Source: Myxococcota bacterium
Lineage (GTDB): Bacteria; Myxococcota_A; UBA9160; JAFDDA01
Length of the DNA: 64,000 bases
Assembly (NCBI GenBank): GCA_965228475.1
Contig: OZ245817.1
Location: 288,001 to 352,000 of the forward strand
Direction of reading: 5' to 3'
Within the stretch, counting starts at the first letter, position 1. Each line of letters starts with the position of its first letter. Under the pieces are notes generated by a model. The model saw only the letters and a list, made by a program, of their open reading frames with translations, made no database searches and was not told the DNA's origin. Position numbers and translations under genes: made by a program. Below are positions 1 through 11,000 of this stretch, piece by piece.

Positions 1-1
1 C

Positions 2-523
2 GCCGTGCTGGCCGCGCTCGCGCGCAAGCTGCTCGGGGAGACGGATGCCCGCGCGATCGAGGAGCTCGAGGCTCTGCACGATCGGCCCTGGCGCGAAGCG
101 GTCGATCGGGTGGTCGAGGTGCGGTTCGCGGAGCTCGCGAAGCGGCCGCGGGTCACGGCGGCGCTGCGGAGCCTCACGGCCAGCGCCGAGTACCTGGCGA
201 TCGACGCGGAGTCGAACGCGCGGCTCGTCGACGGGCTCGCCCGCCATCCCGCCATCGCGGCCCGCGGCACGGCCGCCGAACAGCTCCGCGTGGCGCGGAT
301 CGCCGTCGAAGCTGCGGCCGCCGTCGAGGCCTACGCCCTTCGCGCCGAGTCCGCCGAAGAGCGGGCCGCCTGCGCCGCCGAAATGAAGCGCCTGCTCGAA
401 GCGTACCTGGCGCTGCACATCGAGGGCCCGGCCGTCGCGCCGGTGCCGTCCGAACCCCTTGCTCCTGGGTCCGCGGGCCCGTCCCTTCACGAGGAGTCCC
501 GCGACTCCTTCGCTCCGAGGTGA
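2..523 (+). CDS. TetR-family regulator, C-terminal part (truncated by window start)
   Basis: Helical ligand-binding-like C-terminus (...ELEALHDRPWREAVDRVV...EMKRLLEAYL); the HTH would lie upstream; stop overlaps the next start (GTGA). Confidence 0.55.
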   Translation, partial: AVLAALARKLLGETDARAIEELEALHDRPWREAVDRVVEVRFAELAKRPRVTAALRSLTASAEYLAIDAESNARLVDGLARHPAIAARGTAAEQLRVARIAVEAAAAVEAYALRAESAEERAACAAEMKRLLEAYLALHIEGPAVAPVPSEPLAPGSAGPSLHEESRDSFAPR

Positions 524-2817
524 ATCCGATGTTCCGAACGTTCCCCGCTCTCGCGCTCGCCGTGGCGCTGTTCGTGTCCGGCTGCAACCTGCCGGTCTTC
601 CCCGGCAGCCCGGTCATCTTCCTCGCGCCCGCCGTCGGCGAGAGCGCCGAGGATTTCGAGACGCGCGTGCGCCAGGCCTTCAGCCTCGCCCAGCCGGGGA
701 GCGCCTTCGAGTTCGGCGCCGGCACCTTCACCTTCACGCGGGGCATCGTGATCACGGCGTCCCACATCACGGTCGTCGGCCAGGGCCACGCCGATACGAT
801 CCTCGACTTCTCGACCGCCAACGCCTCCGAGGCGATCCTGGCCTCGGGCGACGAGTTCCTGATCCGCGACATCGGCATCTTCGACCCGCCGGGCGACGGC
901 GTGAAGACGGTCGGCTCCGACGGCGTGACCATGCAGCGCGTCTCGATCATCTGGCCGAACGAGGTCGACCCGACGAACGGGCCCTACGGCCTCTACCCCG
1001 TTCTCAGCCGGAACATCCTGATCGAAGGCTGCTACGTGAAGGGCGCCGAGGACGCCGGCATCTACGTCGGCCAGTCCGAGAACATCATCGTCCGCAACAA
1101 CTGGGCGGAGATGAACGTCGCCGGCATCGAGATCGAGAACTCGATCAACGCCGACGTCCACTGGAACGTGGCCACGCAGAACACGGCCGGCATCCTGGTC
1201 TTCGACCTTCCGGGGCTCAGCCAGGCCGGCCACTCCGTCCGCGTCCACAACAACTGGTCCTTCGACAACAACACGGAGAACTTCGGCAGCGGCATCGTCG
1301 GCCTCGTCCCGCCGGGCACCGGCATGCTCATCCTCTCGACGGACGGCGTCGAGATCTTCGACAACGAGATCTACGGGAACCTCACCGCGGGCATCGCGAT
1401 CTTCAGCTACGAGATCTCGCTGCTGCCCTACCCGGAGGACTTCGACGCCTTCCCGGAGCGGATCGAGGTCTACGGAAACCATCTCGACGACAACGGCCTC
1501 GTGCCCCAGGGCTTGATCGGACAGGTCATCGCCTTCCAGTTCGGCGCGGGCCAGCCCATCCCGGACATCATCTACGACCGCAACATGAACCCGGATCTCG
1601 TCCAGCCGGACGGTGAGCTGCCGGACGATCTCAAGATCTGCATCGGCGACAACGGCGAGGCGACCTTCGGCACCCTCGCGGTGCCGCCGAGCGGGGACCG
1701 CTTCGACACCTCCCTCTACGACTGCGATCACCCCGCGCTCACGGACGTCGCGCTGCGCGACCGCCTGCCGCTTCCGGAGGGCGCGGTGGAGCTCTCGCCC
1801 GAAGAGACCGCGGCCCTGTGCGGTGCCTCGCCGGCCGGCGTGAACTGGCCGGCCTTCGAGGCGAACTGCCCGGTGCTCTCGGACTACAACCTCTTCGTCG
1901 GCAACGACCCGCGCGGCGTGCCGGTCGAGCGGGGCGTCGGGTACGACCTCACGACGCCGCTCTTCTCGGACTTCACCCTGAAGGATCGCTACGCCTTCGT
2001 CCCGCCGGGCGAGGCCGCGGCCTACGATGCGTCGGCGGTGATGGACTTCCCGGTCGGGACGATCATCACCAAGACCTTCACCTTCGATACGCCGGGTGGG
2101 GAGGACGTGATCGAGACGCGGCTCCTGATCCGTCGCGAGTTCGGCTGGAAGGCGCTCGTCTACCTCTGGGACGAGACCGGCACGGAGGCCACGCTGACGC
2201 CCGAGGGGGCGATCGTGAACGTCACCTTCAACCACCCGGCCGGCGGCACCCAGAACATCGACTACGAGGTGCCGGACGTGAACCAGTGCGCGGGTTGCCA
2301 CGCCGGCGTCGACGAGCCGATGGATCTCATCGGGCCCAAGGCGCGCTGGCTGAACAAGCCCGTGCCCTTCGATGCGAGCGGCACGAACCAGCTCGACTAT
2401 TGGAGCGTGAACGGCTTGCTGACCGGTGCTCCGGACCCGGCCCTCGCACCGCGGCTCCCGGTCTGGGACGATCCGCTCGACGGCACGGTGGCCGAGCGCG
2501 CCCGGGCGTATCTCGAGATGAACTGCGCCCACTGCCACCGCGACGGCGGCCGGGCCGGGTTCACGAGCCTGTGGCTGAACGCGGACGAGCCGGACGGCAT
2601 GATGACGGGCATCTGCAAGACGCCCATCGCCTCGGGCGTCGGGAGCCTCGAATACGACGTCGTGCCGGGTGACCCCGCCGCCTCGATCCTGGTCTTCCGC
2701 ATGGATTCGGTGGTGCCCTCGGTGAAGATGCCGGAGCTCGCCAAGGTGACCATCCACGACGAGGGCGTGAGCCTCGTGAGCGATTGGGTCACCGGCCTCA
2801 CGGGCACCTGTCCGTAG
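520..2817 (+). CDS. Lipoprotein: parallel beta-helix domain fused to SO2930-type diheme c cytochrome domain
   Basis: Lipobox LFVSGC; beta-helix motifs GAEDAGIYVGQSENIIVRNN and NVAGIEIENS; YDLTTPLFSD and FPVGTIITKTF; two CxxCH (CAGCH, CAHCH). Confidence 0.85.
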   Translation: MNPMFRTFPALALAVALFVSGCNLPVFPGSPVIFLAPAVGESAEDFETRVRQAFSLAQPGSAFEFGAGTFTFTRGIVITASHITVVGQGHADTILDFSTANASEAILASGDEFLIRDIGIFDPPGDGVKTVGSDGVTMQRVSIIWPNEVDPTNGPYGLYPVLSRNILIEGCYVKGAEDAGIYVGQSENIIVRNNWAEMNVAGIEIENSINADVHWNVATQNTAGILVFDLPGLSQAGHSVRVHNNWSFDNNTENFGSGIVGLVPPGTGMLILSTDGVEIFDNEIYGNLTAGIAIFSYEISLLPYPEDFDAFPERIEVYGNHLDDNGLVPQGLIGQVIAFQFGAGQPIPDIIYDRNMNPDLVQPDGELPDDLKICIGDNGEATFGTLAVPPSGDRFDTSLYDCDHPALTDVALRDRLPLPEGAVELSPEETAALCGASPAGVNWPAFEANCPVLSDYNLFVGNDPRGVPVERGVGYDLTTPLFSDFTLKDRYAFVPPGEAAAYDASAVMDFPVGTIITKTFTFDTPGGEDVIETRLLIRREFGWKALVYLWDETGTEATLTPEGAIVNVTFNHPAGGTQNIDYEVPDVNQCAGCHAGVDEPMDLIGPKARWLNKPVPFDASGTNQLDYWSVNGLLTGAPDPALAPRLPVWDDPLDGTVAERARAYLEMNCAHCHRDGGRAGFTSLWLNADEPDGMMTGICKTPIASGVGSLEYDVVPGDPAASILVFRMDSVVPSVKMPELAKVTIHDEGVSLVSDWVTGLTGTCP

Positions 2818-2842
2818 GCGCTCCGCGAGCTTGGGAGAGTCG

Positions 2843-2880
2843 CCGCCCCGGCTGTTTCGACAGCCGGGGCGGTTTCGTTT
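2843..2880 (+). terminator. Intrinsic terminator
   Basis: 13-bp stem ccgccccggctgt / acagccggggcgg, TTCG loop, followed by tttcgttt; lies between convergent genes. Confidence 0.8.
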
Positions 2881-2898
2881 CGGGGCTCGAAGCGATTC

Positions 2899-2930
2899 CG
2901 TCAGTCCGAGATCGCGTCAGTCCGAGATCG
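2899..2930. repeat. Perfect 16-bp tandem duplication covering a stop codon
   Basis: cgtcagtccgagatcg at 2899-2914 and 2915-2930. Confidence 0.9.
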
Positions 2931-3648
2931 GAAGCCCGAGCCGCTTCCGGTATTCCACCATCCCCGGGCCATCGAGCGGTCCGGCCTGGCGCAGCACCGT
3001 GAGGTAGCGGACGAGGCCCTCCACCTGGGCCGAGGTGAGAGATCGCCCGAAGCCGGGCATCTGGACGCGCTGCCGTTCGGTGAACCAGAGCGCGGGGCGA
3101 AGACGCCCGATCCCCTGGTGGAAGAAGCGCGGCACGCCCTCCCGGATCCATTCGCGAACGACCTCGGGGTCGTCGTTGCGCGTGAGCACGTCGTAGTCGC
3201 GTCCGAAGAAGCCCGGGACGTAGCCCTTGAGCGAGCCCGGGTTCGCGACGCCGCCCTGACCGAGATCGCCGTGGCAGGAGAAACACTGTCGGCGCGCGAG
3301 CCGTTCCGAGGCGACGAGTCCGCGCACGGGGCCCCGTGCGGCGGCCCGGTCGGCCTCGTACTGCACCAGCGCGATCCACGCCGTGAGGTCGGCGACGGCC
3401 CGCTCCGGAAGGCCTTCGGGGTGCTCGGGCACCTCGACGATTCGCGCCGCGATCCGCTCCGGGCTACGGCTTCCCTCGAAGAGTCCGCTCTCGTGGCAGG
3501 ACCAGCAGCCGTGCTCGCCCGCGAGCACGCTTCCGCGCTCGGCCGGGGAGTGCTCGGGGATCCAGTGCGCGCGCGTGGCAAAGGCCAACGCGGCGAACGC
3601 GACGAGGAGTCCGGCCAACGCCAGTCCGAGCGTCTTAGCGGAAGGCAC
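2917..3648 (-). CDS. Exported diheme c-type cytochrome
   Basis: N-terminal hydrophobic segment; CWSCH and CFSCH; distal Met in QMPGF. Confidence 0.75.
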   Translation of the reverse strand: MPSAKTLGLALAGLLVAFAALAFATRAHWIPEHSPAERGSVLAGEHGCWSCHESGLFEGSRSPERIAARIVEVPEHPEGLPERAVADLTAWIALVQYEADRAAARGPVRGLVASERLARRQCFSCHGDLGQGGVANPGSLKGYVPGFFGRDYDVLTRNDDPEVVREWIREGVPRFFHQGIGRLRPALWFTERQRVQMPGFGRSLTSAQVEGLVRYLTVLRQAGPLDGPGMVEYRKRLGLPISD

Positions 3649-4657
3649 CGGGCGGCCGTCCCGTCCAGCGCTTGAAGGCGCGGTAGAAGTTCGGGGTCTC
3701 CGAGTACCCGAGCAGGTTCGCGATCTCGTCCACGCTCAGGGTCGAACGCTGTAGATAGTCGAGGGCCAGGCCCTTGCGGACGTCGACCTCGACGGCGTGG
3801 AAGCTCGTCCCGGCATCCTTCAGCCGGCGCCGGAGCGTGCGGCCGCTCATGCCGAGGGCGCGCGCCGTCTCCTCGAGCGACGGAATCCTTCCCGGGGCTC
3901 CGACGAGTTCCCGTCGGACCCGCGCGACGAGGCTCGGCGTCTCCCCGAGCCTTTCGAGCAGCTCCGCGCAGCGTTGCTCGCAGACCTCCGCCGTCTCGGC
4001 ATCCGAGAACGCCAGCGGCAGGAGGAGGTCGCGAGCGCGGAAGCGAATCTCCGTGTGGGGTGCGTCGAAGCGGACCGGACAGCCGAGTTCGGCTTCGTAG
4101 AACGCATCGTCTCCACCCGGAAGGTCGAAGCGGGCTTCGAGCGGGCGCGTGGGAGGAGAGGTCAGCGCCAGGAGGTGTTCGACCAGGATCGTCGTGAGCT
4201 CCTCCCGCGCCATCCGGCCGGCCCTGCCGAGCGGAAAGATCTCCCGCGCGATCAGGCCTGCCTCGCCGCCGTCCTCGACGAGCTCGAGGGAGAGCAGGGG
4301 GCCCGCCGTCGCCATGTAGCGGAGGGCGATGCGGATCGCCTGGGCCAGGTTGGCGCTGCTCTGGATGGCGTAGCCGATCACGCCGTGGTCGCTGATGCGC
4401 TCCCGGTGTCCGAGCCGGAAGCCGAGGCCCGGCGTGCGGGTCCTCGCCACGGCATTTTCGTAGATCCGGAGCTGGGACGCGTGGCTGATGCGGTGCTCCT
4501 CGTCCGCGAGGTCCGCGAAGCGCAGCCCCGTCCCGGCGAGGGTGATCTCGGGTGCGATGCCCTCCTCCGCGAGGAGTTCCACGAGGTGGCGGCAGTAGCC
4601 GGCCCGGACGATGGGGCGCTCGAGGGCCGCGGGGTCGCGCAGATCGGCCAGCTCCAT
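3635..4657 (-). CDS. AraC-family transcriptional regulator
   Basis: C-terminal double HTH (SLEETARALGMSGRTLRRRL; IANLLGYSETPNFYRAFKRWTG); start taken at ATG 4657. Confidence 0.9.
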   Translation of the reverse strand: MELADLRDPAALERPIVRAGYCRHLVELLAEEGIAPEITLAGTGLRFADLADEEHRISHASQLRIYENAVARTRTPGLGFRLGHRERISDHGVIGYAIQSSANLAQAIRIALRYMATAGPLLSLELVEDGGEAGLIAREIFPLGRAGRMAREELTTILVEHLLALTSPPTRPLEARFDLPGGDDAFYEAELGCPVRFDAPHTEIRFRARDLLLPLAFSDAETAEVCEQRCAELLERLGETPSLVARVRRELVGAPGRIPSLEETARALGMSGRTLRRRLKDAGTSFHAVEVDVRKGLALDYLQRSTLSVDEIANLLGYSETPNFYRAFKRWTGRPPGAFR

Positions 4658-4829
4658 GCCCCGAGGATGCCCGATCGAAGCCGCCCTGTGGCCGGATCGG
4701 ATAGAAAATTGGCCCCAGCGGAGACGGCGGCCCGGCCGGCTCCGTGGCTTCTTTCCCTGGGTCGGGGCGGCGGGGGCCTCCCTGCCACCGAATGGAACCC
4801 GCGGCCCGGAGCCGCTCAGGAGGAAGCCC

Positions 4830-5690
4830 ATGGCCATCGTTCTCGTGACCGGCGCAAGCCGTGGCATCGGCGCCGAGACCTCGCGAACCCTCGCCCGGGC
4901 CGGGCACACGGTCTACGCCGGCATGCGGAAGCCCACGCCGTTCGAAGAGCCGGACGGTACGCGCAGCTCGGTACGGACCGTGCCCCTCGACGTGACGGCG
5001 CCCTCGGAGGTGCGCGAGGCCGTCACGCGAATCCTCGAGGAGGAAGGCCGCATCGACGCCCTGGTGAACAACGCCGGCGTCGCGTGGTTCGTCCCGGCGG
5101 AGGAGATGTCCGACGCGGTCCTGCGTTCGACCTTCGAGACGAACTTCTTCGGCGCCGTCCGCTGCACGCGCGCCGTCCTGCCCGTCATGCGCGAACAGGG
5201 GGCCGGTCGCATCGTCATGATGAGCACCCTCGCGGCGGCCACCGGCCTGCCGCTCGAGTCGGCCTACTGTGCATCGAAGAGTGCACTCGAAGCCTTCGCC
5301 GAGAGCGTTCGTCACGAGGTCGCGCCCTTCGGGATCGACCTCGCGGTGGTCGAGCCCGGCATCACCGAGGGCGGCCTTTCGACGAGCATCCCCGACCCGG
5401 GCGCTCCACGCGCGAGCGCCTACCGGCCGCTGCTCGATCACACCTTCGCCTACTACGAGGCGGCGCAGGCGGAGCTCGAGCCTGCGAGCCTCGTCGCGGA
5501 GACCGTGGAGGGGATCGTCAGCGGCCGCGTCGGCGGCTTCCGGCATCGGCTGGGGCGGCTCGGGCCGGTGATCGACGAAATCGCCCGGGCCGAGGAACCC
5601 CAGGCGACGGCGATGGTGCGCGAAGCGCTCGGGATCGAGGGTTGGTGCACCGGTGAGGGCGCGTTCGCGAAGGCGGGGGCGGGCGAATGA
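4830..5690 (+). CDS. Short-chain dehydrogenase/reductase
   Basis: TGASRGIG, NNAG and YCASK motifs; RBS aggagg. Confidence 0.92.
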   Translation: MAIVLVTGASRGIGAETSRTLARAGHTVYAGMRKPTPFEEPDGTRSSVRTVPLDVTAPSEVREAVTRILEEEGRIDALVNNAGVAWFVPAEEMSDAVLRSTFETNFFGAVRCTRAVLPVMREQGAGRIVMMSTLAAATGLPLESAYCASKSALEAFAESVRHEVAPFGIDLAVVEPGITEGGLSTSIPDPGAPRASAYRPLLDHTFAYYEAAQAELEPASLVAETVEGIVSGRVGGFRHRLGRLGPVIDEIARAEEPQATAMVREALGIEGWCTGEGAFAKAGAGE

Positions 5691-6838
5691 CGCGGCAAGA
5701 CTCCCTCTACGAGATCCTCTCCCCCGAGAGCCTCGAGTCCGCATCGCTGCCGCTCGAACGGGCGTCCACCCTGCCCGCGGCCGCCTTCACCTCCGAGCGC
5801 GTCTACGAGCTCGAGCAGGCGCGGATCTTCTCTCGAGAGTGGCTGTGCGCGGGGCGGGTCGATCAGGTTCCGGAGCCCGGCGATTTCTTCTGTCTCGACC
5901 TTCTCGACGACAAGCTCGTCGTGGTCCGCGGGCAGGATGGCCGGGTGCGGGTGCTCTCGCGGGCCTGCCGCCACCGCGCCGCCGAGGTCGTGACGGGTTC
6001 GGGGAACGCGCGCTCCTTCCAGTGCCCCTACCACGCCTGGACCTACCGGCTCGATGGAAGCCTCGCCGGTGCGCCGTTCATGGAGAACGTCGAGGGGTTC
6101 GACCGAAAGGCCTGCCGGCTGCCCGAGATCCGAAGCGAGGTCTGGGAGGGCTTCCTCTTCGTGAACTTCGACGCGTCGGCCGCGCCCCTCGCTCCCCGCC
6201 TCGAGCCGCTGCGCGAGCGGCTCGCCGGGTTCCGCATGGCGGACATGGTGGCCGTCGAGACCGCGACCTACGAGTCGCCCTTCAACTGGAAGGTGCTCGT
6301 CGACAACTTCATGGAAGCCTATCACCACATCGCGACGCATCGAGATACGCTCGAGCCGCTCTTCCCGGCCAAGCTGGCGGAGACCCCGGATGCCGAGGGG
6401 CCGTTCTCGGTGCTCGTGATGCCCGCGAAGGGTTCCGGTCCGGGCGAGGGCGGCGCGCCGACGGAGTCACTTCCCATCGACGCCGGGGAAGCGCTCGTGG
6501 CGGCCGTCGTCTTTCCCTTCCATCTCTTCGCGCCCGCGCACGGCTCGCTCGTCTGGTACCAGCTCCTGCCCGTCCGCAGCGACCACTTCGTGCTCCGCAT
6601 CTACGGCTGCTTTCCCAAGGGCACCTTCGACGACCCGGCGGCGGCGGATGCCGCGCGTGAGGCGCAGGCGCTCGTGCGCGTCGTCCACGGCCAGGACATC
6701 GAGGCCTGCGAAGCGACCTGGTCCGGTCTCCAGGCACGCTCCTTCGAGTCCGGCCGGCTGAACGGTCTCGAGAAGTCGATCTGGCAGTTCAACCAATGGT
6801 GGCGAGCCTGCATGGAGGGAGAGGAGGACGCCGCGTGA
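5687..6838 (+). CDS. Rieske oxygenase alpha subunit (choline monooxygenase-like)
   Basis: Rieske CRHR...CPYH; mononuclear iron site NWK..DNFMEAYHH...H. Confidence 0.9.
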   Translation: MTRQDSLYEILSPESLESASLPLERASTLPAAAFTSERVYELEQARIFSREWLCAGRVDQVPEPGDFFCLDLLDDKLVVVRGQDGRVRVLSRACRHRAAEVVTGSGNARSFQCPYHAWTYRLDGSLAGAPFMENVEGFDRKACRLPEIRSEVWEGFLFVNFDASAAPLAPRLEPLRERLAGFRMADMVAVETATYESPFNWKVLVDNFMEAYHHIATHRDTLEPLFPAKLAETPDAEGPFSVLVMPAKGSGPGEGGAPTESLPIDAGEALVAAVVFPFHLFAPAHGSLVWYQLLPVRSDHFVLRIYGCFPKGTFDDPAAADAAREAQALVRVVHGQDIEACEATWSGLQARSFESGRLNGLEKSIWQFNQWWRACMEGEEDAA

Positions 6839-8073
6839 GTCTGCTGCGCCGTCTCCTCGACTTCTCCGACGTCAAGGCCCACCCGCTCGACCGCATGCGG
6901 AAGCGAGTGCTCGCCTTCCTGGTCGTGCTCGGGATCCTCGGCGAAGCGGTGCTGTTCGTCATGGACCTCCGCTCCGGCCAGAACGCCACCAACAACCTCC
7001 TCGTTCTGGTCTGGCTCGTGGGGAGCCTGGTGCTGCTGCGGGGCGGAAGGGGAATCCTCGCGGCCCACGCCTACCTGCTCCCCTTCACGCTCGATTTCTT
7101 CCGAACCTTCGTGACGGGCGGGGGCGTCGCGACGCACGGCCTTCCGCTGCTCTTCCTGCTGATCGTCGTCTCGATCCTCCTGCTGCCGACGTCCCAGGCG
7201 GTCGGCTACGTCGCGATCCTGCTCCTCGGAGTGAACGGGATTCCCGTCGAGGAGCAGAGCCCGGTGACCGGCGAAGCTTCGGTCGAGAGCCTTCGGCGCA
7301 AACGGCTCATCATCGTGAACATCATCGCGGTCTCGATGACGACGGTCTTCACCGTCGTCTGGTACTGGCTCAAGCGGTATCTGGCGGAGCTGCTGAATCA
7401 CGTCGAGCGGCTCGACGATCTCGTGCGGGTGCGGACGCGGGAGCTCGAGGTCGAGAAGGAGCGGAGCGAATCGCTCCTCAAGAACATCCTGCCCGAGAGC
7501 GTGGCCGAGCAGCTCAAGCGGGAGGAGTCGCGTCCGGTCGAACGCTTCTCCGACGCCTCCGTGGCGTTCATCGACCTCGTCGGCTTCACGGCCTTTGCCC
7601 GGGGTCGCTCTCCCGCGGATCTGGTCCAGTTTCTCGACGCGACCTTCGAGGTGCTCGACCGGCTCGCCGAGGAGCACGGTGTCGAGAAGATCAAGACGAT
7701 CGGCGACGCCTACCTCGTGGCCTCCGGGATCCCCGAGGCGGATCCGCAGCACCTCCGGAAGATCGCCGACTTCGCTCTCGCCGCGCGCGAAGCGCTCGCC
7801 AGCGAGGCGCTGCGGGTGCGCATCGGGATCAGCGCCGGGCCGGTCGTTGCCGGGGTGATCGGCCGCAGAAAGTTCCACTACGACCTCTGGGGAGACACGG
7901 TCAACGTGGCGAGCCGGATGGAGTCGACGGGGGAAGTCGGGCGGATCCAGATTCCGTGCGAGGTCGCGAGGCAGCTCGAGGCCCACTACGCGATCGAGGC
8001 GCGCGGCGCCATCGACGTCACGGGAATCGGAAGCCTCGAGACCTGCTTCCTCGAAGGCGTGGCCCGGGCGTGA
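6835..8073 (+). CDS. Membrane-bound class III adenylate cyclase
   Basis: Several TM helices; FIDLVGFT, KIKTIGDAY and YDLWGDTVNVASRMES with ATP-specifying K/D. Confidence 0.9.
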   Translation: MSLLRRLLDFSDVKAHPLDRMRKRVLAFLVVLGILGEAVLFVMDLRSGQNATNNLLVLVWLVGSLVLLRGGRGILAAHAYLLPFTLDFFRTFVTGGGVATHGLPLLFLLIVVSILLLPTSQAVGYVAILLLGVNGIPVEEQSPVTGEASVESLRRKRLIIVNIIAVSMTTVFTVVWYWLKRYLAELLNHVERLDDLVRVRTRELEVEKERSESLLKNILPESVAEQLKREESRPVERFSDASVAFIDLVGFTAFARGRSPADLVQFLDATFEVLDRLAEEHGVEKIKTIGDAYLVASGIPEADPQHLRKIADFALAAREALASEALRVRIGISAGPVVAGVIGRRKFHYDLWGDTVNVASRMESTGEVGRIQIPCEVARQLEAHYAIEARGAIDVTGIGSLETCFLEGVARA

Positions 8074-8083
8074 AGACCCGGGC

Positions 8084-11000
8084 CTAGGCCGCTTCGTCCC
8101 GGGCGCGTACCGGCCGCGGGCGGTCCGCCACCGGCGGCTCGGACCGGCGGAAGAGGCGCAGGACGTCCTCGAGCATGAGGTAGGTCGAGGGGACGAGGAA
8201 GAGCGTCACGAGGCTCGCGAACAGCACGCCGAAGGCGATCGAGACGGCCATCGGGATCATGAACTTCGCCTGCATGCTGGTTTCGAGCATGAGCGGGGTG
8301 AGTCCGGCGAAGGTCGTGAGCGTGGTCAGCAGGATCGGGCGGAAGCGCGCGGCCGCGGCCTGTTGCACGGCTTCGAACAGGGGAACGCCCGAGGCGACGA
8401 ACTGGTTGATGCGGTCCGAGAGGACGAGGCTCGCGTTCACGACGACCCCCGAGAGCGCGACCAGTCCGAGCACGGAGTACATGGAGAAGGTGAAGCCGAG
8501 CAGGTAGTGCCCCCAGGCGGCGCCGACCAGCCCGAAGGGGATGGCCGCCATGATGATCAGCGGCTGGAAGTAGGAGCCGAGCGGAATCGCGAGCAGGCTG
8601 TAGATCACGAGCAGGGCGATCACGTAGCCGCGGCTCATGGCGGCGAGGAATTCGCGCTGTTCGGCCTGTTCGCCCTCGAAGCTGAACTGGACGCCCGGGT
8701 AGCGGGCGAGGATCTCGTCGAGGGCGCCCGAGCGCAGGACGCGCACGATCTCGTTGGCGTTGGCCGCCGCCTGGTCGACGTCGGCCGTGACGCTCACGAC
8801 GCGGCGGCCATCGACGTGCCGGATGGCGGAGAAGCCCGTGCGAAGATCGGCGCGCGCGACGCTCGTGAAGGGGATCGTCGTTCCGTCGGCGCCGCGGATG
8901 CGCATGCGTTCGACGTCGCCGAGGGAGCGGCGCTCGCTCTCCGGGTAGCGGACCATGACCTTCACTTCGTCGCGCCCGCGCTGGATCGTCTGCGCTTCTT
9001 CCCCGTAGAAGCCCTGGCGGAGCTGGCGCGCGACGTCCTCGAGGGTGAGGCCCAGGGTCTCGGCGCTCGGGAGGATCTGGTACTCGAGCTCCTGCTTGCC
9101 GCCGCGGAAGGAGTCCGCGACGTCGAACACGCCGGGGTAGGTCTCGAGGTGGTGCTTCACGGCGTCGGCCGCCTCGCGCAGGGCGTCGAGGTCCGGTCCG
9201 TTGAGCTCGATCTCGATGGGCGCACCGGTCGTCACGAGGGAGTACTCGAACTGCAGCTGCTCGACCCCCGGGAAGTCGCCCGCGGCCTCCCGCCAGCGGC
9301 GGGTGAGTTCCGCGACGCCGATGTCCCGGCGGCGGAAGTCCACGATCTCGACCTGGACCTCGCCGACGTTGCTCCGCGCCGGGGCGCTTCCGTCCATCAT
9401 CCGGTTCATCTGTTCGCGCCGCGCCTGCATGGGCTGCTCGCCGACGGACGACATCAGGTGGGTGAACACGGCCGGCCGGCCCGGGTTCTCGGCGCCGACC
9501 TCGTCGCGGACGAGCAGGGCCGCGGCCTCGAGCCGCTCGACAGCGCGCTGCGTGACGTGGAAGGGCGTTCCGGGGGAGAGGGTCAGGTCCGCCACGATGA
9601 AGTCCGCTTCGACGGGCTCCTGGAAGACGAACTTCAACCAGCCCCCGCCGAACAGGCCGACGGTGAAGAGCAGCAGCGAGAGAGCGACGGCCGAGGTCAG
9701 GTAGCGCCACTCGAGAGCGCGGCGGAGTGCCGGGAGGTAGAGCCCCTCGATCACGCGGTTCAGTCCGCGCGCGATCGCGGCCTGGAACCGCCGCCAGCCG
9801 CGCGAGACCGGGTTGCTCCCCTCGCCTTCGCTCTTCTTCCCGTGCCCGAGGTGGGCGGGGAGGATGAACATGGCTTCGAGGACGGAGAACACGAGGCAGG
9901 CGATCACCACCATCGGCAGCACGCGCGTCATCCGCCCCATCGGGCCCGGGAGGGTCGCGAGCGGGAAGAATGCCGCGATCGTCGTGAGCACGCCGAAGGC
10001 GACCGGCACGAGGATGGTCTGCGCGCCGAGGATCGCGCCGCGCAGGTGATTCCCCGTGCGGACCTGGTGGACGTGCGCGTTCTCGCCGACCACGATCGCG
10101 TCGTCCACGACGATGCCGAGCACGATGATGAAGCCGAGTAGCGAGATGAAGTTGATCGAGATGTCGAGCGCGGGGAGCAGGGCGACGGCGCCGAGGAACG
10201 AGATCGGAATGCCGAGGCTCACCCACAGCGCGAGCCGCAGGCGCAGGAAGAGCGAGAGGATGATCACGACCAGCAGGAAGCCGCCGCGGCCGTTGCGGAG
10301 CATCGTGTCGAGGCGGTCGGCCAGAACCCGGGAGTCGTCCTGCCAGACCGTGACGGCAATGCCTTCGGGGAGGCTCGTCTGGAGTCCGTCGACGTACTCC
10401 CGGACCTTCCGCGAGATGGCGAGGGCCTTCTGGTCGCCCTGCCGGAACACCTGGATCAGCAGGCTCGGCTCCCCGTCGAAGCGCGCGAGGCGATCGGCCT
10501 CGGCGAAGCCGTCCACGACCGTCGCGACGTCGCCGAGGGCGAGCCGCGTTCCGTCGCGCCGCGAGACGAGGGCGATCTGCTCGTACTCCTCGCCGTGGTA
10601 GGCCTGGCCCTTGGCGCGCAGCAGGATCTCGCCCGAATCGGTCTTCACGCCGCCGCCCGGCAGGTCGAGCGAGGACGTGCGCACGGCGCGCACGACGTCG
10701 TCGAAGCGGAGTCCGTGGCGCTCGAGGGACGATTCGGAGACCTCGACCGTGACCTCGTAGGGGCGCGCCATCATGAGGCGCGCATCGCTCACGTCGGGGA
10801 GCGCCGCGATGTCGTCGCGGATCTGCTGGGCGAGCCGCGTGAGGGTCCACTCGTCCACCTCGCCCGAGACGGCGAGGTTCAGCACGCGGCTCTCGACCTC
10901 GCTCTGCTGGACCGTCGGCTCCTCGGCGCCTTCCGGGAAGGTGTCGATGGCGTCGACCGAGGCGCGTACTTCGTCGAGGCGACGCCGGACGTCTTCGCCC

